This document shows positions 27,244 through 35,096 of a stretch of DNA of 64,000 bases, piece by piece; the first letter of the stretch is position 1, and the number at the start of each line of letters is the position of its first letter. The notes below the pieces were generated by a model. That model was not told the origin of the DNA. It saw only the letters and a program-made list of their open reading frames with translations, and searched no databases. The translations under genes were made by a program, and so were the position numbers. The stretch lies in NCBI GenBank assembly GCA_037146775.1, contig JBAWWL010000004.1:22471-86470 (forward strand). The letters are read 5' to 3'. This DNA is from Candidatus Omnitrophota bacterium. GTDB lineage: Bacteria > Omnitrophota > Gorgyraeia > Duberdicusellales > 4484-171.

Positions 27244-28788
27244 TTATACTGACCCCGCGCTGTTTTCTCGTTTAGTTTTGCGTGTATTCGCTGCTATTAA
27301 TTTTGTTTTATCGATCTTGCCTACCCTATTTTTTGGCAATTCTTTTACATATTCAAAGTAGTGTGGGATCTTAAAATGCGCCAGGTGAACTTTTAAAAAT
27401 TCTTTCAGCTCATCCAGGGCTATCGGTTCGCCGTCCTTGGTTACGATAAATGCCTTGGGTACTTCGCCGCGCAACTCATCGGGCAAACCGATCACTGCAA
27501 CTTCTTTTATGTTCGGATGACGCTGCATCTTTTCTTCTACCTCGGCTGAGAATACAATCTCTCCCGCGACTTTTATCATATCCTTTTTCCTTCCTACCAG
27601 ATAAAAAAGCCCCTCCTTACAATAGGCGACATCGCCGGTTTTAAGCCATCCGTCGCCGGTCAAAACAGCCTGTGTCATCTGCGGCGCTTTATAATAACAT
27701 ACCATCACGCCATCGCCCTTCACCAAAAGCTCCCCTGTTTCGCCATACAATAATTTATTTCCTTTGTCATCCACTACTTTTGCGTCCATCCGGAAACCGA
27801 AGCTACCAATACTGTCTATGGCTTTTCCGTCCGGGGGCGAATAGGTGTTCGGAGCTGCTGTTTCTGTCATTCCCCAGCCGTTTAGTAATATCGCCTTGGG
27901 GCAAGAACGATGGAATTTTTTCAAAAGTTCCGGTGATGACGGTGCGCCAAAAACTACCGCATAGCGTAATGATGCCAACTCATAATAATCGTATTCTTTC
28001 AACGATAAAATCGCCACATACATCGCCGGTACGATACAAAATATGGTTACTTTATATTTTTCGATGTTTTTGAGAAACTCTAGCGGATGAAAGCGCTCCA
28101 TAAGCACCATTGTGGAAGCAAAACGAAGCATTAAAAGAATATAATCAAGGCCTCCGATGTGAGAGAAAGGTACGCCACCAGTAAGAAAAATATCTTTATC
28201 CGAAACTCCTAAAAAATGGTTGATGGTATCAACCGGGTTATCCAGATGCTTGTAACTAAGCATGACCCCTTTGGGATTACCAGTTGAGCCCGAGGTATAA
28301 AATAAAGAAGAAATATCGCTGTCTTTAATCTCTATCTTTGGCTCTGCCTCGGTATTATTAGCTAAAACATCATCCCAAAGAAGACACCCTCTCACCCTTT
28401 CCTTGCACACAATTACGTCTTTGAGCGAAGAGCAGGCGTTTTTAATATTCATGATATTGATATCTTTTCTCGGCTGGATAATTAATATTTTCGCTTCGCA
28501 ATGGTTTAAGATATCAATAATTTCTTCTTCGGTAAGCATAAAGTCGAGTGGAACAAGTGTTAACCCGGCACAAAAAACCGCTATGTAGCTATAGACCGCT
28601 TCGGGGATATTTGAAAGAAAAAGCGCTACCTTGTCTGGTTTTCTAACTCGCGCGCCGTAAAGATAATTAGCCAATCTAAAAGAAGGCCCCTTAAGTTGCG
28701 CAAAAGTAATATTCTGTCCCTCGAAAATAATTGCTGGTTTTTCGGGATACGAAGAAACTTGTTTGAGTAATAATTCTTTTACATTCAT
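27244..28788 (-). CDS. AMP-dependent synthetase/ligase (acyl/aryl-CoA or acyl-ACP ligase)
   Basis: 514 aa with the AMP-binding motif YTSGSTGNPKGV, the TGD motif (LKTGD) and the C-terminal PKNRVGKIDK lysine motif. Confidence 0.85.
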   Translation of the reverse strand: MNVKELLLKQVSSYPEKPAIIFEGQNITFAQLKGPSFRLANYLYGARVRKPDKVALFLSNIPEAVYSYIAVFCAGLTLVPLDFMLTEEEIIDILNHCEAKILIIQPRKDINIMNIKNACSSLKDVIVCKERVRGCLLWDDVLANNTEAEPKIEIKDSDISSLFYTSGSTGNPKGVMLSYKHLDNPVDTINHFLGVSDKDIFLTGGVPFSHIGGLDYILLMLRFASTMVLMERFHPLEFLKNIEKYKVTIFCIVPAMYVAILSLKEYDYYELASLRYAVVFGAPSSPELLKKFHRSCPKAILLNGWGMTETAAPNTYSPPDGKAIDSIGSFGFRMDAKVVDDKGNKLLYGETGELLVKGDGVMVCYYKAPQMTQAVLTGDGWLKTGDVAYCKEGLFYLVGRKKDMIKVAGEIVFSAEVEEKMQRHPNIKEVAVIGLPDELRGEVPKAFIVTKDGEPIALDELKEFLKVHLAHFKIPHYFEYVKELPKNRVGKIDKTKLIAANTRKTKRENSAGSV

Positions 28789-28913
28789 ATTTTACCTCCC
28801 GGAAATACAATACACACACGCCGCAGCCTTGTATACAAGAGCATATACCAGGTTAGCCCATAATAACTTCACCCTAAAGCAGGGTTATGTTATAGTAAAA
28901 TTTAAATAGTAAA

Positions 28914-28941
28914 ATTTTACTATTATTTGTTTTTTAGTCAA
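28914..28941 (-). promoter_or_regulatory. Putative sigma70-type promoter (TTGACT-16 nt-TAAAAT on the minus strand) in the 335-bp leader upstream of the AMP-ligase gene, overlapped by the perfect palindrome tagtaaaattttacta
   Basis: Minus-strand reading gives ...gccTTGACTaaaaaacaaataatagTAAAATtttacta.... The palindrome at 28903..28918 overlaps the -10 element and its first 10 nt recur 10 bp upstream as tagtaaaatt (28893..28902). Confidence 0.3.
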
Positions 28942-29123
28942 GGCATTTTTTGATACGTTCGGCGGTGCGCAAACCGTGCCTTTTAAGGTACAGTTTATAT
29001 GGGCACCACTCAGTATCAACCCTGAGCGCAAACCCCGGGTTTTAACCCGAAAAAAGTCGAATGGGTTGATTATACTTTTTACACCACCTTAGGCAGGACG
29101 AAAATCATAATCATAAAAAGTAG

Positions 29124-29777
29124 CTAAGAAGCTTCCGCTTCCAATTTCTCAATCAGGCTTTCCGTCTCTTTAAGAAGTTCCGGGGGCAAGAGCCTCGTGA
29201 TCTCAATTTCGCGCTTCATCAACCTTAAGGTGTGTAAGAACCTTTTTATGGTCATACTTCTTGCCTTTTCCTGCTCTGCTTGAGGGTCGATGTCCTTTCT
29301 TTGACGAATAAGACTTACCAGGTCACGGCGTACCTGCGAGGGGTCTTTACCTTTTTCAAAAATATCTTTTTTAAGATTTACGTAGTCCTGATTGTCCAAT
29401 TCCTTATTGTTTTTTGCCTTTCGCAACAAATCGATATTTTCATAAGTCGGCATCGCCGCCGCATGGGTGGATTCGGTATAGTCTTTAGTCAAATAATGCG
29501 GCTCTTCTTTTTCTAAGAAATAATATGACCGCAAAAGTTTCATTGCAGTCGGCTTCCGTATCCCGACTTCTTTGGCTACATAACCTTCGATGGTATTATA
29601 TCCCCAATCTTTATAAAGTTTGTCTTTCCAAACCGAATACAAGGCCCTGCCTAAAGCGACCCACGATGTTTTAAAACTTTTTGTAACTTCCAGTACGTGA
29701 TACCGAACCGAGTTAGTATCCAGCCCTTCCATTTTCTGCTCAATATGCTTAATATCTTTTGTCTTATAGGTACTCAT
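29124..29777 (-). CDS. Hypothetical protein
   Basis: 217-aa ORF with coding-like composition and a charged C-terminal coiled-coil-like region. No domain recognised. Confidence 0.45.
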   Translation of the reverse strand: MSTYKTKDIKHIEQKMEGLDTNSVRYHVLEVTKSFKTSWVALGRALYSVWKDKLYKDWGYNTIEGYVAKEVGIRKPTAMKLLRSYYFLEKEEPHYLTKDYTESTHAAAMPTYENIDLLRKAKNNKELDNQDYVNLKKDIFEKGKDPSQVRRDLVSLIRQRKDIDPQAEQEKARSMTIKRFLHTLRLMKREIEITRLLPPELLKETESLIEKLEAEAS

Positions 29778-29799
29778 ATTTTATCCTCCTTTATTCTTG

Positions 29800-30948
29800 T
29801 TATTTTTTTCGTAACAACACTAAACATTCCACATGCGGCGTATGCGGAAAGAAATCAAAAGGTTCAACGCGCTCTATGGTGTAGTTTTTTAAAAACTCAC
29901 TGAGGTCGGAAAACAGGGTTGAAGGGTTACACGAAGAATAAATGATCCGGTGCGGAGTAAGACGCACTACCGCTCTTTTAATCTTGTTGGAAAGGCCTGA
30001 ACGCGGCGGATTCAACACCACCAGCTCGGTATCCTTATAAAACATACCCTGGCTGTTAAGAAATTTACGCACGTCCGAGGCAAAAAAAGAAATATTGTCA
30101 ATAGCGTTCATCCTGGCGTTTTCCCAGGCTGAAGCGATAACTTCTTCCTGTAACTCTACTGCCCACACAAACTTCGCGTCCCGCGCGAGAAAAATACCGA
30201 TACAGCCCATGCCGCAAAAAAGATCAAGCACTCGCTCTCCTCCGGTAAGCGCTGCGTAGCTCCTTATTTTGGAATAAAAATCCTGTATCGCTGTCGAATT
30301 TATCTGGAAAAAAGAATCTATGCCGATTGAAAACCGGAACCCGGATAATTCTTCCTGGATAAACGCAGAGCCGTAAAGCAGTTCCTTTTTCTCAAACATT
30401 ACCGCGTCAGACATTGAGTCGTTGATTATCCAATATATCGACTTAAGGCTTGGCGCCAGAGATAGGGAAAGTAAGGTTTTAATAAATTCATCCTTATTTA
30501 GTTTTTCTTTGCTTGTAGTGACTAAACCGATCATTATCTCGTTAGTAAATTGAGTTTTGCGTATAACGAGGTTGCGTAAAAAACCTTGAAAAGAAAACTT
30601 ATTATATGGGGTATAGTTTTTTTGAATAGCGAAATTTTTAACTGCCCCAAGAATTTCGCCCACATACGGAGAAAAAATAAGGCATTCTTCAAGATCGACA
30701 ACCTGGGCGTGATCGCCTTTTTTATACAAACCACAGCGCAATATACGATCTGACGAAAAACTAAATTCCATCTTATTGCGATAAAACCATTCCGGATAAG
30801 CGTTGATGGGTTGTACTGTGTGGTTAAAATCGTGGGCGCTCAACAGCTCCTTGATCAGCTTTTCTTTATTGTATAGCTGCTCTTGGTAAGGAATATCTTG
30901 ATATGAGCAACCGCCGCAAGAACCAAAATGTTTACATATGTTATGCAT
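29800..30948 (-). CDS. RNA (uracil-5)-methyltransferase, RumA/TrmA family (RlmD-like) with N-terminal Fe-S cysteine cluster
   Basis: 382 aa. CKHFGSCGGCSYQ near the N-terminus and SAM-binding DLFCGMGCIG (motif I). The C-terminal catalytic Cys is in SCNPSTL. Confidence 0.8.
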   Translation of the reverse strand: MHNICKHFGSCGGCSYQDIPYQEQLYNKEKLIKELLSAHDFNHTVQPINAYPEWFYRNKMEFSFSSDRILRCGLYKKGDHAQVVDLEECLIFSPYVGEILGAVKNFAIQKNYTPYNKFSFQGFLRNLVIRKTQFTNEIMIGLVTTSKEKLNKDEFIKTLLSLSLAPSLKSIYWIINDSMSDAVMFEKKELLYGSAFIQEELSGFRFSIGIDSFFQINSTAIQDFYSKIRSYAALTGGERVLDLFCGMGCIGIFLARDAKFVWAVELQEEVIASAWENARMNAIDNISFFASDVRKFLNSQGMFYKDTELVVLNPPRSGLSNKIKRAVVRLTPHRIIYSSCNPSTLFSDLSEFLKNYTIERVEPFDFFPHTPHVECLVLLRKK

Positions 30949-30996
30949 AGCGCTCGATAATCCTACATCGGTAGATCAATATAACTGCACAAAAAA

Positions 30997-31959
30997 TTAC
31001 TTGTAACCCAGCGCCGCAAATAAATCTTTGGATGCGCCGAGATAGCTACTGGCTTTTATTTTCTTAAGCCAGCGTTCTTTGATATACAAGTTATCCTGAA
31101 TACGGGCATTTCCCCAACCTTGATTCTTAAACATGGGAAGTTTCTCCCAATCACTGTTAATATAGCACACGGCTTTCACGTCGTTATGTTCAATAAAATC
31201 AAAAAAAGGAACAAACCACTTCTGCCACGAATTTTCGCCATCCTGAATTCCCATCCCGCGTGGAGTTGCCTCAGCAATCATTAAAGGTTTTTTATGTTCG
31301 CGAGCGATCTGCACAATAGCTTCTCTATAGGATTCGTAACTGGTGTCAAAATATGATAGTGCTACCCAATCCACATATTCGTCTCCCGGATACCAGTCAA
31401 CGGGTGATTTTACCGGGCCGGCATACGAATGCCAGACATACGCAACATTTTGTACGCCGCGACGACGGAGAAAATCAACAATATAGCGATATGCAATAAG
31501 ATACTGTGAAGACGAATAGTGGTTGGACGGTAAGTCGAATTCATAACCGATACGTAAATATACCGGCCGATCCACCGCATTAAACCAGTTGGCCAGCTGC
31601 TCAAGCTGAACATCATACGCGCCGGTGGGCACATACATGAGCGCACCGACTAAATAAAGTCCTATTTGCAGAACAGTAGTCGGATATGCACGTGCAAAAT
31701 ACTGCGCATGCTGAGTACCGGAACCATATTCGGCTGGCTGCAAAAGGCCTTCAAGATTTTGCAAAGACGTGTAGACCATAAAACCTGCGGGAATGGTTTT
31801 AGTGGCCGTGACATATTCCCGCATGGTATTTTTGTCCTGTCCGACGATAAAAATAACTTTTTTGTCCGGCGGAACAAACTTATTGTCTTGGGCAAAAGAA
31901 CTTAAGCCGGGCCAAATAAAAAATAATGCGACGAGGATTATATACAGAATTTTCTTCAT
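30997..31959 (-). CDS. Secreted glycoside hydrolase, (beta/alpha)8 clan GH-A-like (GH26/GH113 mannanase-type)
   Basis: 320 aa. Signal peptide. The blocks LRIGYEFD and MIAEATP are candidate acid/base and nucleophile Glu residues, as in GH26-like enzymes. The family assignment is tentative. Confidence 0.45.
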   Translation of the reverse strand: MKKILYIILVALFFIWPGLSSFAQDNKFVPPDKKVIFIVGQDKNTMREYVTATKTIPAGFMVYTSLQNLEGLLQPAEYGSGTQHAQYFARAYPTTVLQIGLYLVGALMYVPTGAYDVQLEQLANWFNAVDRPVYLRIGYEFDLPSNHYSSSQYLIAYRYIVDFLRRRGVQNVAYVWHSYAGPVKSPVDWYPGDEYVDWVALSYFDTSYESYREAIVQIAREHKKPLMIAEATPRGMGIQDGENSWQKWFVPFFDFIEHNDVKAVCYINSDWEKLPMFKNQGWGNARIQDNLYIKERWLKKIKASSYLGASKDLFAALGYK

Positions 31960-31974
31960 TGTGCTTTTCTTATT

Positions 31975-32469
31975 TTAATAAATTATGAGATTCTTTAATT
32001 TTATACGCGGCGATTTTCTGGGATATTTCTTAGGATAACCCATAGCTAAAACGGCGGTAAATATATATCGGGCAGGAAATCGAAAGTGCGCGGCAATTTC
32101 CTTGCTTTTATTAATGATTTCACCCAGCCAGCACGCACCTAATTTTTGCGAGTGAAGATATAAAAGCATATTCTGTATGCTTGCACCTATAGCCATAAAA
32201 TCTTTTTCGTAATGATAAGAAGCGGTTTTATCCAGAAACACCAGGATAACCCTGTCTGCCCCTTTGATGATATAAGAATATTTTGTATAAGCAGCTAATG
32301 CGTCTTTATCCTCGCCTTCTAATACCGCAAATCGCCAAGGCTGATTATTCAATCCTGACGGTGCCCAGCGACCTGCTTCCAATATTTTTCCTACAGTTCT
32401 TGGTGGAATTATTTTTTTACTGAATTTCCTAATTGACCTGCGGCTTTTTATCAATTCTAATGTATCCAT
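31975..32469 (-). CDS. Nitroreductase family protein
   Basis: 164 aa. N-terminal RRSIRKF and an APSGLNNQPWRF FMN-binding pattern. Confidence 0.8.
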   Translation of the reverse strand: MDTLELIKSRRSIRKFSKKIIPPRTVGKILEAGRWAPSGLNNQPWRFAVLEGEDKDALAAYTKYSYIIKGADRVILVFLDKTASYHYEKDFMAIGASIQNMLLYLHSQKLGACWLGEIINKSKEIAAHFRFPARYIFTAVLAMGYPKKYPRKSPRIKLKNLIIY

Positions 32470-32532
32470 GCTATATATGTCGGTCGATACCGAAATTAAT
32501 GATTTTTGTGTTCGGAGGTATGTTTGTTTGGG

Positions 32533-33585
32533 TTAAGTATTGGAATATCCGAGCTCTTTTAATATTCTCGGCTTATCCTGCCAATTACTCAAAACCCCCA
32601 CCCACACATCAAGATATACTCTCCGGGAAAAAAGCGTCTCCATTTCTTTACGTGCCTGGGTGCCGATACTTTTGAGTAATTTTCCTTTTTCGCCGATAAC
32701 AATTTTCTTCTGGGAAGTTCTATTCACATATATTTTTACCTTTATATACATGAATCCGCCCTTGGGGCTATCCTTGAACTGTTCGAGCGACGATAACGCG
32801 AAATCGTCTTCCATACCTTCTTCTTCGATATCATCCTCTTCTACATCCTCGTCTTGTACAAAATCTTCCTCTTTTGCTAATTTATCCGGAGCGTTCCTCT
32901 TTTCGATAGTTTCAACTTCTACCGCGAGCGAATGCGGTAATTCCTCTTTTAGGTTTAAGAATAATTTTTCCCGCACGATATCGGCAACACGAAATTTTAA
33001 CGGAAAATCGGTCTGGGTGTTTGTGTCATAAAAAGGCACCTGCACAGGAAGGTGTTCAAGAATAATACTTTTAAGCGTATCAATATTCTTACCGCTTCGT
33101 GCGGAAAGAGGCAGGTAGGAAATAACCGGATCGTTGGATATTTTCTTTTTCTCAAGGCGCGTTTTCCAGGCAGAAACATATTCGCCCAAAAACCTCTGTC
33201 CCAAATCCATCTTATTCAGCGCCATTATAATTTTTATCTTCTGTGTCCCCAAAAATTTCATTATCTCGTATTCTTCTTTTCCGGGTGCGCGGGAAACATC
33301 CGCCACATAGAGAATCATATCGCAACCTTCCACCGACTGCCTGGCTACGGTATTTAGCTGTGTAACTAAGCTGTCGCGGAACGAGTGTATACCCGGAGTA
33401 TCCACAAAAACAATTTGCGCGCCCGGCATATTCAAAATGCCTTTTATCTGGTGCCGGGTAGTTTGTGGGATAGGAGAAACAATACTGATCTTATTGCCGA
33501 TTAACGCATTAAGGATGGTCGATTTCCCCACGTTGGGTCGACCCATAATAGCCACAAAGCCGGATTTAAACTGTTCATTATGCAT
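32533..33585 (-). CDS. era: GTPase Era (with acidic insertion)
   Basis: 350 aa. G1 GRPNVGKST, G3 DTPG and G4 NKMD motifs, plus a C-terminal KH domain. An unusual about 30-aa Glu/Asp-rich insert (EEDFVQDEDVEEDDIEEEGMEDD) precedes the KH domain. Confidence 0.9.
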   Translation of the reverse strand: MHNEQFKSGFVAIMGRPNVGKSTILNALIGNKISIVSPIPQTTRHQIKGILNMPGAQIVFVDTPGIHSFRDSLVTQLNTVARQSVEGCDMILYVADVSRAPGKEEYEIMKFLGTQKIKIIMALNKMDLGQRFLGEYVSAWKTRLEKKKISNDPVISYLPLSARSGKNIDTLKSIILEHLPVQVPFYDTNTQTDFPLKFRVADIVREKLFLNLKEELPHSLAVEVETIEKRNAPDKLAKEEDFVQDEDVEEDDIEEEGMEDDFALSSLEQFKDSPKGGFMYIKVKIYVNRTSQKKIVIGEKGKLLKSIGTQARKEMETLFSRRVYLDVWVGVLSNWQDKPRILKELGYSNT

Positions 33586-33588
33586 AGG

Positions 33589-33969
33589 TTATATTTTCGT
33601 TAATCGAACTTCAATCTGTTCGCCGAGCTGAATTTTTTTCAGTTCCACGGGTGAGATATTGGTTCTTCCGATAATGACCACCGGGCTGGCCGGAAGGGGC
33701 TTCTCGGTTATGCTGGCCGGAGTAGCGCCGAAAAACACACACAAACATTTACCCTGGCTCCAATAAGCGATATCTCCCACCTCTACCTCCATAGTTGCAC
33801 CGGCTGCGGAGGCTTTAAAACCTATCTCGAAATAAATTTCATCTCCCCAGCGCGACACCACGCCCGTGATGGGTAGGCGTTGCGCTAATTCTTTGGCTGT
33901 CAGGGTATCATTAAGTTGTGCGTCAAAAGTACAACTTTTTGTTTCAAAAACCACTCTCATCTTTTTCAC
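33589..33969 (-). CDS. Cyclophilin-like-fold protein (TM1367/DUF369-like), unknown function
   Basis: 126 aa. The resemblance in length and pattern to the cyclophilin-like family is weak (IAYWSQGKCLCVFFG). Confidence 0.3.
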   Translation of the reverse strand: MKKMRVVFETKSCTFDAQLNDTLTAKELAQRLPITGVVSRWGDEIYFEIGFKASAAGATMEVEVGDIAYWSQGKCLCVFFGATPASITEKPLPASPVVIIGRTNISPVELKKIQLGEQIEVRLTKI

Positions 33970-35096
33970 CTCCCTAAGAAGGTATCCAGTGCTTTTACAT
34001 AATCTTCCAACACCGCCACTCCCTTATAGAGATTATCTATCTTAACAGATTCGTTCTTTATGTGCGCGTTGCCTTTCGAGCCGAAACCGAACGCAAAACT
34101 TTCTATCCCTTGCTCCTGCAAAAAATTTATGACAGTCGCCCCGAACGAAGGGCTTAACCGCGAAACAATATTGTGCTTTTTCAAAACACGCCGCAAAATC
34201 GCGATTGAGGGCGTGTTCCGTTCTATCTCAATCGGCGTCTGATGAGCCAATATTTTTATTTTATATTTTATTTTCTGCGTTCGTATTATTTTCTCGATAT
34301 CGCGGATAATGGTATCTTTATGCATTGAAGGCAGATAACGGATGTCCAATTCAAAAAAAGCGTACCCGGCGACAATATTCACTTTATCCCCGCCGGAAAA
34401 TCTTCCGACATTCAGTGTGGGCTTTTTTAAAAGCGAGTGGGGCTGATACGGAAAATGGTGTGACAGGATCTGCGTCAACGCAGACACACCCTTCTCTACC
34501 GCGTTTACCCCGCGATGAGGATAAGCTCCGTGCGCTTCTTTGCCATAGAGCTCCACCCGAAGGTGCAAAAGCCCTTTTTGCGCAACTATAATGTTGAAAT
34601 CATCGGCGTCTAGCACGGCGGCATAATCGATATGTTTGAAGAATCGGGCTAAAGGAATTATTCCATGATGGCTCCCGGTTTCTTCGTCTCCGGTAAAAGC
34701 AAAAACTAAGTCAATATTTTTTAAAGTAATCTTTTCCTCTTTTAATTTTTTTATAAGATAGAGGGCCACGGCGACATTTATTTTACAATCCGTAGCGCCC
34801 CGGCCATAGAGCTTGCCGCCACGAACCGTAGCCCCTAACGGCGGGAAACGCCATTTCCCCGTGACCGGAACAGTATCGACATGAGGAGTAAAAAGAATTT
34901 TTTTCTTGGCATGCGTGGCCGGTAAAATACAGGTGAGATTCAACCGATTTTTTTTAAATTCGTATATGCGCGAAGGAACGCCGAGATATTTGAGATAGTC
35001 GCGGATAAAAAGAATAATTTGCTTTTCGCTACCCGGTGGATTCTGCGAATCTATCCTAATAAGTGTCTGCAGCAGCCTGATTAAATCCTTTTTCAT
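33966..35096 (-). CDS. M20-family metallopeptidase (ArgE/DapE-like deacylase)
   Basis: 376 aa with HVDTVP, GRGATDCK and GDEETG metal-binding motifs. Confidence 0.8.
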   Translation of the reverse strand: MKKDLIRLLQTLIRIDSQNPPGSEKQIILFIRDYLKYLGVPSRIYEFKKNRLNLTCILPATHAKKKILFTPHVDTVPVTGKWRFPPLGATVRGGKLYGRGATDCKINVAVALYLIKKLKEEKITLKNIDLVFAFTGDEETGSHHGIIPLARFFKHIDYAAVLDADDFNIIVAQKGLLHLRVELYGKEAHGAYPHRGVNAVEKGVSALTQILSHHFPYQPHSLLKKPTLNVGRFSGGDKVNIVAGYAFFELDIRYLPSMHKDTIIRDIEKIIRTQKIKYKIKILAHQTPIEIERNTPSIAILRRVLKKHNIVSRLSPSFGATVINFLQEQGIESFAFGFGSKGNAHIKNESVKIDNLYKGVAVLEDYVKALDTFLGR

